A stretch of 64,000 nt of DNA from Promethearchaeota archaeon (GCA_016840085.1 JAEOTA010000017.1:34411-98410); one strand, 5' to 3'. Counted from the stretch's first letter, positions 1 to 10,462 are shown. Notes: a model not told the origin generated them from the letters alone. Numbers and translations are program-made.

Positions 1-114
1 ATAATAAATCCTTGAAGCCGAACTATCAAAATCATTAACATCTAACAACAGTTCAGCACTTTTCATAAATTTCTTTGCTTTTTCAATTAATGGTTTAATA
101 TTTATTTCACTCAT
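1..114 (-). CDS. HEPN domain protein (UPF0332-like toxin), 5' part; runs off the window edge
   Basis: Manual translation MSEINIKPLIEKAKKFMKSAELLLDVNDFDSSASRIYY resembles the HEPN N-terminal helix and the SRxYY motif; ATGA overlap with the MNT stop codon. Confidence 0.8.
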   Translation of the reverse strand, partial: MSEINIKPLIEKAKKFMKSAELLLDVNDFDSSASRIYY

Positions 115-437
115 ATTTGAATGCCTTCTTCCCTTATATTCATTAAAAATGGAGTTTTCATCAATAAATAGTATTCTTCAGATACGGGGTGAATTGATAT
201 TAAAATATCATATTTTAAAACGAAATCGTACGTCATTTCACTCATTCTATCGATTTCTTTAAATGGAGATATATCACCTTTTAGGACTATTGCCAAATCA
301 ATATCTGAATCTTCATTATATTCTCCTCTCGCAAATGAACCATATAATATTAAGCTTGAAAATTTATCTCGATATAAATTTTGAAGCCTAACTTTAAAAT
401 CTTTGAGTATTTTTATTATTCCAACTGTGTCTTGCAT
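111..437 (-). CDS. Minimal nucleotidyltransferase (MNT) antitoxin
   Basis: LYGSFARGEYNEDSDIDL = GSX10DXD motif, 108 aa, coupled to the HEPN gene. Confidence 0.9.
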   Translation of the reverse strand: MQDTVGIIKILKDFKVRLQNLYRDKFSSLILYGSFARGEYNEDSDIDLAIVLKGDISPFKEIDRMSEMTYDFVLKYDILISIHPVSEEYYLLMKTPFLMNIREEGIQI

Positions 438-484
438 TTAATTTCGCAAATTTTTAAGTTATTATTTTAAACTGTTAAAAAGAA

Positions 485-513
485 GGTGATAAAATTATTT
501 AAATTTAATCACC
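485..513. promoter_or_regulatory. Palindromic candidate operator overlapping the TATA-like box of the MNT-HEPN operon
   Basis: GGTGATAAAATT-N5-AATTTAATCACC (12-bp arms, 1 mismatch), 48-76 bp upstream of the MNT start. Confidence 0.45.
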
Positions 514-924
514 AATCAATTTTCAAAATTTAAGAATATTTAAGAATATAAAAACCAAAATGGTTATATAATTTTTCAAATAAAACTAAAAGTTATGAAG
601 AAAGATTTCCCATACTTTAGGGATAATAATTGTCGTTAAAGATACTTGTTTAGATATTTAGAGATTAGTCTACGTGTATTGCTTTTTTGTCAATGTTGCA
701 CAGTTTGGAGAATCACTTTACTTATATAATCATTTTAATTATTACCAGTAAAGGTAAAAAAAGAATTTCATATAAGTTTAAAATTTAGTGTAAATATGTA
801 AATTAATGCTTCACAGAGAAAAATTAAAAGGATATTTTAGGTTTATAACTTTATATTAATTTCAGCTGATGTTATATAAGGGGATATATCTTCTAATTAA
901 AATAATTTTTAATTTAAATTCAAA

Positions 925-2196
925 ATGTCAAAAATTGAACCAATTGATATAGATTTTTTTACTGCTTTTAATGAAAACGCCTGTAATCTATGTGGTGAAT
1001 GTTTTCATAAATGCCCAGTTATGCTGCTTCCCATTGATTTTGCAATTGAGGAAATGAAGAAATTAATCGCTAGTGAAAAAACTGAAAGAGTATTAAATGA
1101 ATGCCAAAGTTGTTTTTCATGCAATTTTTATTGTCCTAAAAATGCTCATCCAGCGAGCCTTATTTTACAGCATTGGAATGAAGAATATAAAAAAAAAGGT
1201 TTGCGAAAGAGAGGAGAATATTTTATGACACTATATCCTCACTATCCTAATTTTCGCTCTTATGTTATGGATCATTTACCTAGATCGACAAAAGAAATTG
1301 TTAAAAAATGGGCTTTATTGGGACCGTTGAAGGGAGATACTTTGACGTATCCTGGTTGTAATATAATAACTTTTGCAGAGCTAACTCAAACTAGTTTTTT
1401 CAAAGATTTAGATATAAGAGGGCGCTTAGAGTATTGTTGTGGAGAAACTTTATTTCGAACAGGATATAGAAATGAGCTTTTTCAGATCACTAAAAGATTA
1501 GATAGGTGGTTCAACATTTTAAAACCTAAGAGACTACTTGTCTTATGCACTGCAGGCACCAGTGTTTTTAAAAGTGTATTACCTCATTATGGATTAACAT
1601 ATAAATTTGAAGAAATCAAATCATACATTCAATATTTATGGGAACGAATACAGAATGGAGAAATTAAAATTATAAATAAATTAGATATGAAAGTTACAAT
1701 ACAGGATTCTTGTTATGCTAAGATGTTTGGAGATAAATATATGGATTTACCTCGTAAGATCTTGGATGCTATAGGAGTCGAAATTGTAGAAATTGAATCA
1801 TGTAGAGAGAATATGCGATGTTGTGGAATAGCTGCAGGTTTTTCAATTGATTCTGCTTATCAACCGTTTAGATTAAGATCATCAACTCTAAGAAATTTTA
1901 AAGATTTTAAAAAGACAAACGCCGATGCGGTATGTGTATATTGTGCTGGTTGTTTAGCAGAATTTATGACAAATAAGAAACTATATTTTAAAAAGCTTAA
2001 AGTTTATCATATTATTGAGTTAGTGCAAATTGCAATTGGAGAAAATCCCAGCTTAACCAAAAGAGCAAAAAAAAAGAGAGGCAGGCATTTCTTCTGGGGA
2101 ATTATTCGAAAACAATTTCCTAAAATCCTGTCAAAAAAGAAATTTAAGATAGCTGAAATTCCTGAGGAGCCCCCCAATTATAAGGAAGCATGGTAA
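925..2196 (+). CDS. (Fe-S)-binding CCG-domain protein (HdrD/GlcF-like)
   Basis: CNLCGECFHKCP and CQSCFSCNFYCP ferredoxin motifs; YPGC..YCCG and QDSC..CCG..CAGC CCG domains. Confidence 0.85.
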   Translation: MSKIEPIDIDFFTAFNENACNLCGECFHKCPVMLLPIDFAIEEMKKLIASEKTERVLNECQSCFSCNFYCPKNAHPASLILQHWNEEYKKKGLRKRGEYFMTLYPHYPNFRSYVMDHLPRSTKEIVKKWALLGPLKGDTLTYPGCNIITFAELTQTSFFKDLDIRGRLEYCCGETLFRTGYRNELFQITKRLDRWFNILKPKRLLVLCTAGTSVFKSVLPHYGLTYKFEEIKSYIQYLWERIQNGEIKIINKLDMKVTIQDSCYAKMFGDKYMDLPRKILDAIGVEIVEIESCRENMRCCGIAAGFSIDSAYQPFRLRSSTLRNFKDFKKTNADAVCVYCAGCLAEFMTNKKLYFKKLKVYHIIELVQIAIGENPSLTKRAKKKRGRHFFWGIIRKQFPKILSKKKFKIAEIPEEPPNYKEAW

Positions 2197-3560
2197 AAAT
2201 GAATAAAACTAGAAGAATGTCAGGATTTAAAGAAAATTTGTGTAACTTATGCGGCGAATGTTTTCATCTATGTCCTGTTTTACAATTGCCAATTGAAGAA
2301 GCAAAGAAAGAAATTAAAAACTTAATTGAAGGAGAAGAATCTCAATATGTTCTCTCTAACTGCAATACTTGTCTTTCTTGTAATTTATATTGTCCTCAGA
2401 ATGCAAATCCTTATCAGTTGATTCTTGAGAGATGGAATGACTTATATAAAAAAAGGGCAGCTCCTCCATTATATCGATTTGTTTGTCCTACTAAACAATC
2501 TAATATCTGGCAACTACTCAATATTTTTTTATCAAATCAAGAAAGAAGGTGGATCTATAATTGGATGCATTATATCCCAGAAGCGGATGATACACCATTA
2601 TTGATTGGAAATTATACGCATTTATTTCCATTTATAATTGGCGAAAGCAAATTATTGGATAATTTCAAACCTATTGATAGAATTGACCAATGGGAAGGTG
2701 GAGCATATTTATACCAAGGGGGATACTTAGATGTTGTTCAAAGGATCGCTCATAGAACAAAGAAAGATTTTGATAATTGGGGCGTTAAAAATGTTGTTGC
2801 ATGTTTGGATGCTGTTGAATATATCTTTAAGGAAGTACATCCTAAGGAGATGGGAGTAAATCATACTCAAAATTTCATTAATTTTAATCAATGGCTTTTG
2901 GATAATATTGATTCTGGGGAAATTAAGTTAAAAAATCAAATTAATATGACCGTAACTGTTCATGATAATTGTTATTCTAAAGCTTTAGGAGGAGCTTATT
3001 GGGAGGTTTCTAGAGAAATATTAAAAAGATGTGGATGTCAAATTTCTGAAATGAAACATAATAGAAAAGATTCATTATGTTGCGGCTTCGGCGCAGGAGC
3101 ATCATGGACAAAAAATATATCAATAATATTTGATATAATCTCTGAAGGGATGAAAAAGTTCAAAGAAGCAGAAGAAACTAATGCAAAAGCTTTAATTTCC
3201 TACTGTGGTGGATGTATTTATTTATTATGGGCTACAAGAGAATTAATAAGAAGTAAAATTGATATATTTCATGTTATTGAAATTGTCAGGATGGCAATGG
3301 GAGAAAAATTAAATTATCCAGAGGATCATATCACACGAGCATGGGATATTATAGCTATTATGACTTATTCTCTCATACTATCCTTTTTTAATAAAAACTT
3401 CTATATAGATGAAATTACTTACAACAAGGATTTAAGTACTTTTACCCCAAAGAAATATAGATTATTAAAGATCATTAGATATACAATGGACTTTCCTTTA
3501 ATTAAAAGTTTATTTGCAAAGGGATTTCATCTCTTACGTAAAATTTTAAAATCGAAATAA
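2190..3560 (+). CDS. (Fe-S)-binding CCG-domain protein, paralog with a degenerate first CCG domain
   Basis: Two CxxCxxCxxxCP motifs; HDNC..CCG..CGGC retained; first CCG replaced by WEGG. Confidence 0.85.
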   Translation: MVKMNKTRRMSGFKENLCNLCGECFHLCPVLQLPIEEAKKEIKNLIEGEESQYVLSNCNTCLSCNLYCPQNANPYQLILERWNDLYKKRAAPPLYRFVCPTKQSNIWQLLNIFLSNQERRWIYNWMHYIPEADDTPLLIGNYTHLFPFIIGESKLLDNFKPIDRIDQWEGGAYLYQGGYLDVVQRIAHRTKKDFDNWGVKNVVACLDAVEYIFKEVHPKEMGVNHTQNFINFNQWLLDNIDSGEIKLKNQINMTVTVHDNCYSKALGGAYWEVSREILKRCGCQISEMKHNRKDSLCCGFGAGASWTKNISIIFDIISEGMKKFKEAEETNAKALISYCGGCIYLLWATRELIRSKIDIFHVIEIVRMAMGEKLNYPEDHITRAWDIIAIMTYSLILSFFNKNFYIDEITYNKDLSTFTPKKYRLLKIIRYTMDFPLIKSLFAKGFHLLRKILKSK

Positions 3561-3581
3561 TAAATTAAGAGAGAGAAAAAA

Positions 3582-3864
3582 ATGTTTGTTCATATGTCAA
3601 TTCATTATCCAAAACCAGAAAAAGAACAATTCCTAATTGATTCTATGCATTGTTTTGGAAAGGCGATGGAAGGAAAAAAAGGATTTATTATGGCTCATAC
3701 TAAAAAAGGATGAAGATACAGGAAAGCTTGTTGGTTTAGCTCTTTGGGACTGGAAGGATGATTGGTTAGCAGCAAGACCAGCGATGATCGACGCAGTAAA
3801 AGATGATCCATTTGATGAATGGAAGTTAAAAGATCCTGATGTTTTTCATTTAAATGTCGTATAA
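3582..3864 (+). pseudogene. ABM (antibiotic biosynthesis monooxygenase-like) protein, frameshifted at an A6 run
   Basis: ATG at 3582 gives MFVHMSIHYPKPEKEQFLIDSMHCFGKAMEGKKGFIMAHT; the +1 frame continues KDEDTGKLVGLALWD..; the shift is at 3702-3707. Confidence 0.7.
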
Positions 3865-3905
3865 TTTAATTGGTTCAAAAAATATTCTTTATTTGGTGAA
3901 TATAA

Positions 3906-4361
3906 ATGGGAGAGTTATCTCTAATAAGCCCTGCATTTAATCATATGGGTGATATTCCTAGAAAGTATACATGTCAAAGCGAAGAAATTAGCCCGCCATT
4001 AAAAATTTCGGGAGTTCCTCAGGAAGCAAAAAGCTTAATTCTAATCATGGAAGATCCTGATGCTCCAATGGGTCTCACTGTTACTCATTGGGTAATTTGT
4101 CATCTTGACCCTAAAACCACTGAAATACCTGAAGGAAGTTCCTTAGAGGGTGCTATCGTTGGGAAGAATATGATGCGAAAAAACAAATATATGGGACCAT
4201 GTCCCCCTAAGGGAAAACATAGATATTTTTTCAAATTGTTTGCACTAGATGAAAAATTACCTTTAGATTCTAAAAGTCGCAAAAAAAAAGTCTTGAAAAC
4301 AATGGAAGGACATATTATCGAACAAACAGAATTAATAGGAACTTATGCTAAACAGAAGTAA
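3906..4361 (+). CDS. YbhB/YbcL (PEBP/Raf kinase inhibitor-like) protein
   Basis: EDPDAP, THWV and YMGPCPP..HRYFFKLFALD motifs. Confidence 0.92.
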   Translation: MGELSLISPAFNHMGDIPRKYTCQSEEISPPLKISGVPQEAKSLILIMEDPDAPMGLTVTHWVICHLDPKTTEIPEGSSLEGAIVGKNMMRKNKYMGPCPPKGKHRYFFKLFALDEKLPLDSKSRKKKVLKTMEGHIIEQTELIGTYAKQK

Positions 4362-5433
4362 AAAAGATAATAATAATTTGAAGGAAATAATAAACTCCAA
4401 ATTCTTAAAATTAGCTAAATTTCAAAAACAAATAGATGACAATGTTACTCAATGTCTAACCTGTGAAAGAAAATGTAAAATTCCAAAAGGAAAAGCTGGA
4501 TTTTGTAAGACTCGAATCAATAAAGATGGTCAGATTTATTCTATAGTTTACGGGTTAATTCCTGCATTATCAATCAACCCTATAGAAAAAAAACCTCTTT
4601 ATCATTTTTATCCAGGAAGCAAAGCTTTAACAGTAGGGACTTATGGTTGTAATTTTACTTGTTTTTGGTGCCAAAATCATCATTTATCTAAAACGAACCC
4701 TTTAAAAGTTGTTCAATTTGCGACAATCGACGAATTTCTCTCCCCAGAGAAATTAATTGAAATGGCTTTAAAAAGAAAGTGTCAGGGAACTTCAATTTCC
4801 TTTAATGAACCTACGTTATTGTTCGAATATGCCTTAGAAGTCTTTAAACTAGCAAAACAGAATGGTTTATATAATACATATATAACAAATGGCTACATGA
4901 CAGAGGAAGTTTTGAGAGATTTAATAGACGCTGGTCTTGACGCAATGAATATAGATATAAAAGGAGAGGCTGATATGGTTCAGAAATATTGTGGTGTTGA
5001 TGTGGAAAAAGTATGGAGAAATGCTAAGTTAGCAAAAGATCTGGGTGTTCATATTGAAATTACCACATTAATAATTCAAGAATTAAATTCAAATGAGAAA
5101 ATCATAAAACGGATAGCAGAAAAAATTTTAAATAAGCTAGGAGAAGATACACCGTATCATATTTCTCGTTTTTTTCCTCATTATAAATCTCAAGAGTATG
5201 GGATATCTGAACCTACACCCATTAACCTGCTGTATAAAGCTTATGATATGGCTAAAAAAGTAGGCTTAAATTATGTTTATCTCGGAAATTTACCAACTAC
5301 AAATTATGATCATACTTATTGCCCAAAATGCACTAAACTAGTAATTAAAAGAAAAATTTTAGGAGTAGAAGAAACTTTTTTAGATCCGAAAGGGAATTGT
5401 AAATATTGTGGATTTCCAATTTGCATCATATAA
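4345..5433 (+). CDS. amrS: AmmeMemoRadiSam system radical SAM enzyme
   Basis: N-terminal CLTCERKC..GFC, NPIEKKPLYHFYPG, GCNFTCFWCQN, HISRFFP, C-terminal CPKC/CKYC; the true start may be slightly downstream. Confidence 0.9.
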   Translation: MLNRSKKDNNNLKEIINSKFLKLAKFQKQIDDNVTQCLTCERKCKIPKGKAGFCKTRINKDGQIYSIVYGLIPALSINPIEKKPLYHFYPGSKALTVGTYGCNFTCFWCQNHHLSKTNPLKVVQFATIDEFLSPEKLIEMALKRKCQGTSISFNEPTLLFEYALEVFKLAKQNGLYNTYITNGYMTEEVLRDLIDAGLDAMNIDIKGEADMVQKYCGVDVEKVWRNAKLAKDLGVHIEITTLIIQELNSNEKIIKRIAEKILNKLGEDTPYHISRFFPHYKSQEYGISEPTPINLLYKAYDMAKKVGLNYVYLGNLPTTNYDHTYCPKCTKLVIKRKILGVEETFLDPKGNCKYCGFPICII

Positions 5434-5559
5434 CTTATCTAGCATTTTTTAATTTCATACTGTTAATATTATATGTTCAATTATTAAAATAGAAAGAGCG
5501 GGGGAATTAAATCAATTAATAATAGATCTTCTTAAAAGTTAAGCTACGTTGCACTTATT

Positions 5560-6396
5560 ATGGTAGAAGCATATGCCGATGTTAATGGTATAAAAATTTG
5601 TTATAGGAGTCAGGGGAAGGGATTTCCATTAATTCTACTTCATGGATTTGGATCCAAGAAAGAGAGTTTTATGGCACAAATCCCAGAACTATCTAAACAT
5701 TTCAAGATTATTGCAGTTGACATGAGAGGAGCAGGAAAGAGTTCAAGACCCAATTATCATTATACTATGGAAATGTTTGCTGATGATATTAAGGGCTTGA
5801 TTGATTTCTTAAGAATCAAAAAAACTCATTTATTAGGCCTTTCATTTGGTGGTATGGTGGCTCAAAATTTTATATTGAAATATCCATCGTATGTTTCTAA
5901 ACTTATTCTTATAAATACAATGCTAAAGATCCCTGAGAATTTTGATCCAGAGCCATATATTCAAACTAGAATTAAAGGATTGGAATTCAGAAAACAAGAT
6001 CCTGTTAAAGCTTTTTGGCAAAGTACTCAATTTGGGTTTTATCAGAAGTTTAGACATAAAATGCGAGCAAATACGAAGGAGAAATTTTACGGATTGTGGT
6101 CAGTAGAAGATCTTATCAATTATTATACAACTGACCCTCCTACACCTCAAGATATTCGAAATATTGCATACTCTTTCAAAACGTACAATACATCTAATAG
6201 ATTACATGAAATTAACCATGAAACGCTTTTACTCACAGCTTCTCATGATATTCTTGTTCCCAAAGAAAGAATGTTTGAGATACATACAATATTACCAAAT
6301 AGTATTATAAAAGTAATAGATAAAGCAGGACATGAATCTCCAAAATCTAAAGCACCAGAACTTAATAGATCCATTATTGAGTTTCTAACAAGCTAA
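5560..6396 (+). CDS. Alpha/beta hydrolase (tandem copy 1)
   Basis: HGFG oxyanion loop, DMRGAGKS, GLSFGG nucleophile, D and AGH catalytic residues. Confidence 0.92.
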   Translation: MVEAYADVNGIKICYRSQGKGFPLILLHGFGSKKESFMAQIPELSKHFKIIAVDMRGAGKSSRPNYHYTMEMFADDIKGLIDFLRIKKTHLLGLSFGGMVAQNFILKYPSYVSKLILINTMLKIPENFDPEPYIQTRIKGLEFRKQDPVKAFWQSTQFGFYQKFRHKMRANTKEKFYGLWSVEDLINYYTTDPPTPQDIRNIAYSFKTYNTSNRLHEINHETLLLTASHDILVPKERMFEIHTILPNSIIKVIDKAGHESPKSKAPELNRSIIEFLTS

Positions 6397-6435
6397 TGAA
6401 GAATTTTTTTTAAAAAAAATAAGTTGGAATATATT

Positions 6436-7287
6436 ATGACAGAGTTATTTGCTGAGGTTAATGATATAAAGATTTGCTATGATATCCATGGACAGGGTTA
6501 TCCATTGATGTTAATCCATGGATTTGGTGATAGAAAAGAACATTGGCGGGCTCAAATGGAAGATTTATCTAAGCATTTTAAAGTAATTAGAATGGATAAT
6601 AGAGGTGCTGGAAAATCAGATAGACCAGACGGCTCTTATTCAATGGAAATTTATGCTGATGATATAAATGGTTTATTAAAGCATCTCGATATAGAAAAAA
6701 CTCATATTATAGGACAGAGTTTAGGAGGAATGATTGTTCAAAATTTTGCTTTGAAATATCCAGAAAGAATCAATAAAATAATATTAATCAATACAATTGC
6801 AGGTGTAACACCTCCAGGAGTTCCACCTGATCAAGGAATTGAATATTATAGGGATAATGCAATTGCAGATCTTAAAGATATGAAAAAAGATCCCCTTACC
6901 GCATTTATAACAAAAGCTAAAAAAAGTTATTCTCGAGAATTTTGGAAACAAATGAAGGAAAATCCAAAAAAGAAGTTGCATAACATCTGGTCTGTAGAGG
7001 ACCTAGTAGAAGAAAAAACACATTATGGCCCTACAGAAAAAGATATAATTCATCAAGCTGAAGCTTTAAGAACTCATAACACATACGATAGATTAGATGA
7101 AATTAAAAATAAAGTTTTAATTATCGCAGCAGATAAAGATAAAACTTGTCCTATGTTAATGAATAAAAAAATTCATGAACTAATTCCTAATAGTAAATTT
7201 ATTGTAATTCAAAAAGCTGGTCATCAATCAATTTTGGAATATCCTCAAATAATTAATAATTATATCATTGAATTTTTGAAAAATTAA
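6436..7287 (+). CDS. Alpha/beta hydrolase (tandem copy 2)
   Basis: HGFG, DNRGAGKS, GQSLGG, AGH; start MTELFAEV chosen by alignment with the paralogs. Confidence 0.92.
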   Translation: MTELFAEVNDIKICYDIHGQGYPLMLIHGFGDRKEHWRAQMEDLSKHFKVIRMDNRGAGKSDRPDGSYSMEIYADDINGLLKHLDIEKTHIIGQSLGGMIVQNFALKYPERINKIILINTIAGVTPPGVPPDQGIEYYRDNAIADLKDMKKDPLTAFITKAKKSYSREFWKQMKENPKKKLHNIWSVEDLVEEKTHYGPTEKDIIHQAEALRTHNTYDRLDEIKNKVLIIAADKDKTCPMLMNKKIHELIPNSKFIVIQKAGHQSILEYPQIINNYIIEFLKN

Positions 7288-7301
7288 TCCTCACGGTTTA
7301 A

Positions 7302-8139
7302 ATGACGGAATTATTTGCTAAAATAAATGGAATAAAAATCTGCTATGAATTATTTAGTAAAGGTTATCCAATTGTATTAATTCATGGGTTTGGAGTTAGG
7401 AAAGAAGGTTATAAATGCCAAATTCCTGCTTTATCTAAAACGTTTAAAGTAATAACTTTTGATAATCGTGGAGCTGGAAAATCTGAAAGAGTTAACAAAC
7501 CTTATACTATGGAGACACTTGCGGACGATATCCGAGGATTGTTAGATTTTCTTAAGATAAAGAAAACGAATATTTTAGGCACTTCTATGGGAGGTCTTAT
7601 TGCTCAGCAGTTTGTTCTACAATATTCGGAATATGTTATTAAAGTAGTATTAGTGAATACTATAAATGGAGCCCCGAATAATGTAGGATTAGAGATATTA
7701 AAAAATAATAGATTAGAACAGCTAGAGCTTATTAAAAAGAATCCCGAGAAAGCATTTTGGGATAATGCTCATATTTGGTTTTATCATAAATACCGAAAAG
7801 AACTTAAACTAAATCCTAAAAAAAAAATTTTTTGGAATGTGGTCAGCTGAAGCTGAAATAAGAGAAAGTAGAATCCTTATGCCAACTCCTCGTGATATCG
7901 AACTACAAATAGAAGCAATGAGGGAATTTAATACATTGGAGAGATTACATGAAATAAAAAATCCTTGTTTACTATTGGCTGCTTCACACGATAAAATTTG
8001 TCCAGAAACTGTTATGGAGAAAATGCATAAAAGAATTCCTAACAGCATTTTCAGAGTTATTGAAAAAGCAGGTCATGAATCACCAAAAACAAGAGCTAAT
8101 GAAGTTAATAAGATTATAGTCGATTTTTTAAAAAAATGA
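7302..8139 (+). pseudogene. Alpha/beta hydrolase (tandem copy 3), split by a frameshift in an A10 tract
   Basis: ORFs 7302-7850 and 7837-8139 join into NPKKKFFGMWSAE if one A is removed from 7818-7827, matching paralog NPKRKFFDLWSVE. Confidence 0.85.
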
Positions 8140-8206
8140 TACATTATAAAATTTTTAAAATTATGAAACATAATACCATATTTATCAACTAATTAAATTG
8201 ATTTAT

Positions 8207-9046
8207 ATGGCTGAATTATTTGCTGAAGTTAATGAAATAAAGATTTGTTATGAGATACATGGAGAAGGACATCCTTTAACTTTAGTCCATGGTTGGGGTG
8301 GTTCTAAAGAAGAGTGGTTTGTTCATATCGATGCATTATCAAAACATTTTAAAGTAATTACTTTCGATAATCGAGGAGCAGGGAAATCTGATCATCCAAA
8401 CACACCCTATACAATGGATATGTATGCGGATGACATCTATGGATTACTTGAATTTCTTAATATAGAGAACACACATGTTATTGGAGCTTCACTAGGTGGA
8501 ATGATCGTCTTAAATTTTATATTAAAGTATCCAGAACAAGTAAATAAATTAGTGTTAATAAATACATGGCCAGGATTTCCTAACGAGCAAGGTCCCGAAA
8601 TATATAAGGAGAGTAAAATAACATATTATAAAGAATTTGAAAAAGATCCTCTTAATACTTTTTTAAAATCAGCGAAAAGTGGTTTTTCTCGAGAATTTTG
8701 GAAAATGATGGTAGAAAATCCTAAGAGGAAATTTTTTGATCTATGGTCTGTAGAGGATTTAATAGAAAGAGACTTAAAAAACCAATACACTCCTCAAGAC
8801 AATGAAAATGCTGCTAATGCAGTTAAAGGTCATAATGTCCTAGATAAGCTTCATGAAATTAAAAATGAAACGTTAATTTTATGTGGGGCAAAAGATCGAA
8901 TTGCACCAGTATTAGTAAATAAACAGATGCATGAAAAAATCCCTAACAGTACTCTTAAGGTCATAAAGGATGCACGGCACAGTTTACCACTAGAAAAAAC
9001 ACCTGAAGTAAATAAAATATTAGTAGATTTTTTAAAGGAATATTAA
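8207..9046 (+). CDS. Alpha/beta hydrolase (tandem copy 4)
   Basis: HGWG, DNRGAGKS, GASLGG, ARH. Confidence 0.92.
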   Translation: MAELFAEVNEIKICYEIHGEGHPLTLVHGWGGSKEEWFVHIDALSKHFKVITFDNRGAGKSDHPNTPYTMDMYADDIYGLLEFLNIENTHVIGASLGGMIVLNFILKYPEQVNKLVLINTWPGFPNEQGPEIYKESKITYYKEFEKDPLNTFLKSAKSGFSREFWKMMVENPKRKFFDLWSVEDLIERDLKNQYTPQDNENAANAVKGHNVLDKLHEIKNETLILCGAKDRIAPVLVNKQMHEKIPNSTLKVIKDARHSLPLEKTPEVNKILVDFLKEY

Positions 9047-9076
9047 ATAATATTTTTCAAAATGGAAAATTATTCA

Positions 9077-10306
9077 TTATAAAGATTCCTGATGGACTGA
9101 TACAGCATATTTTTTCAATTCAATCTTTTTAAAACTCATTAAGAAAGGTATTAAAGCAATTAAACCAAGAACGAAGCTTAGAAAGAAAGCTGGATAAAAG
9201 CCAAGGATAAAAGTTCCAATTAAAGGTCCTATTATTTGTGCGAAACTATCCAATCCAGAAGAATAACCATTAATTTTACCTTGTTCCCTTGGTGTTACTG
9301 ATTGACTTATTTTACTGTTTAAGGGTCCTCGTGTGAGAGAAGCAGCAAAACTTATGAACAATATTAAGACTAAAAACATAATTACATTAATTGAAAATCC
9401 TACTAATAAAAACGCAACTAGAAATATACCCAAACCAACGATAATAGCATTATTGACACCTAATTTTGTAATAGTAGGTTTGAATAATGTAAATCTTACT
9501 GATGCTCGAAAAACTCCACTGATCATCAACAAAATCCCAATTTCAGATGAATTAAGTCCAAAAACAATTGCAGCAAAAAATGATAAAGACGACATCGCAA
9601 TTATGAAAGATACTGTATGAAATCCAAATAAGGTAAGATAAAACATAGCAGTTTTGTTTTTCCGGATTTTTATTATTATTACTTCTTGTGAAATCTCATG
9701 ATGTGCTTCTCGCTTTGATTTTGACCAAGTTTCTTCTAAAATAAAAATTGTAATTATTAAAGTAAATAAAGATAGTCCTGCTGCGAATAGACCTGGGAGC
9801 AATATTCCGCCGATACTAAAAAGTATGCCCCCCATTCCTGGTCCAATAAGAGAAGCTAATACATGGGCAACCCCAATATTTGCCATTTGAAAACTTCTGT
9901 CTTTTGGTGGCACTTCATCACCAATAATTGCTTTTGCAATTGGAAAATTACCCCCAAAAACACCATCCACAATTCTTGAAATAACAACCATCCATATTGA
10001 ATTTGAAAATGCTAACATAAGGAAACCGGCAAAGGTTCCTGCTTGTGAAATTAAAAGTAAAGGCTTTCTACCGAATTTATCACTTAATTTTCCTAATATT
10101 GGACCAAAAATGAATGAAAACATAGCATTTACAGAAAGTGCTATTCCCATAATAAATATATGTACATTGAACTGTTTAGCAATAAAAGGAGCCATCGGTA
10201 ATATCATAGAAAATCCAATTATATCAATAAAGACCGCTATCCATAATGGGGTCAATTTACGATATTTAAAGACTCTACGATTATTTGACATATTAGTATT
10301 TGACAT
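9077..10306 (-). CDS. MFS transporter (TetA/DHA1-like)
   Basis: Motif A GKLSDKFGRKP, multiple hydrophobic helices, IGPGMGG and IIGPLIG. Confidence 0.92.
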   Translation of the reverse strand: MSNTNMSNNRRVFKYRKLTPLWIAVFIDIIGFSMILPMAPFIAKQFNVHIFIMGIALSVNAMFSFIFGPILGKLSDKFGRKPLLLISQAGTFAGFLMLAFSNSIWMVVISRIVDGVFGGNFPIAKAIIGDEVPPKDRSFQMANIGVAHVLASLIGPGMGGILFSIGGILLPGLFAAGLSLFTLIITIFILEETWSKSKREAHHEISQEVIIIKIRKNKTAMFYLTLFGFHTVSFIIAMSSLSFFAAIVFGLNSSEIGILLMISGVFRASVRFTLFKPTITKLGVNNAIIVGLGIFLVAFLLVGFSINVIMFLVLILFISFAASLTRGPLNSKISQSVTPREQGKINGYSSGLDSFAQIIGPLIGTFILGFYPAFFLSFVLGLIALIPFLMSFKKIELKKYAVSVHQESL

Positions 10307-10462
10307 AAATGTCCCAAATCAGCATTTTTAAATTTGTTTTCAGATGAAAAGCCAAATTATTCATTTACTTTAATTTTTTAGATTATTTTTCATACAAATA
10401 GAAAACTATTATAATAATGTGTATCATATAATTCTTTAAACATTATAACCAATTAGATAATT

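Noticed and set aside
925-3864. Selenocysteine read-through in the CCG proteins or at the TGA at 3711
   Set aside because: The CCG genes have no in-frame TGA; the 3711 TGA is explained by a frameshift, and no SECIS was recognised
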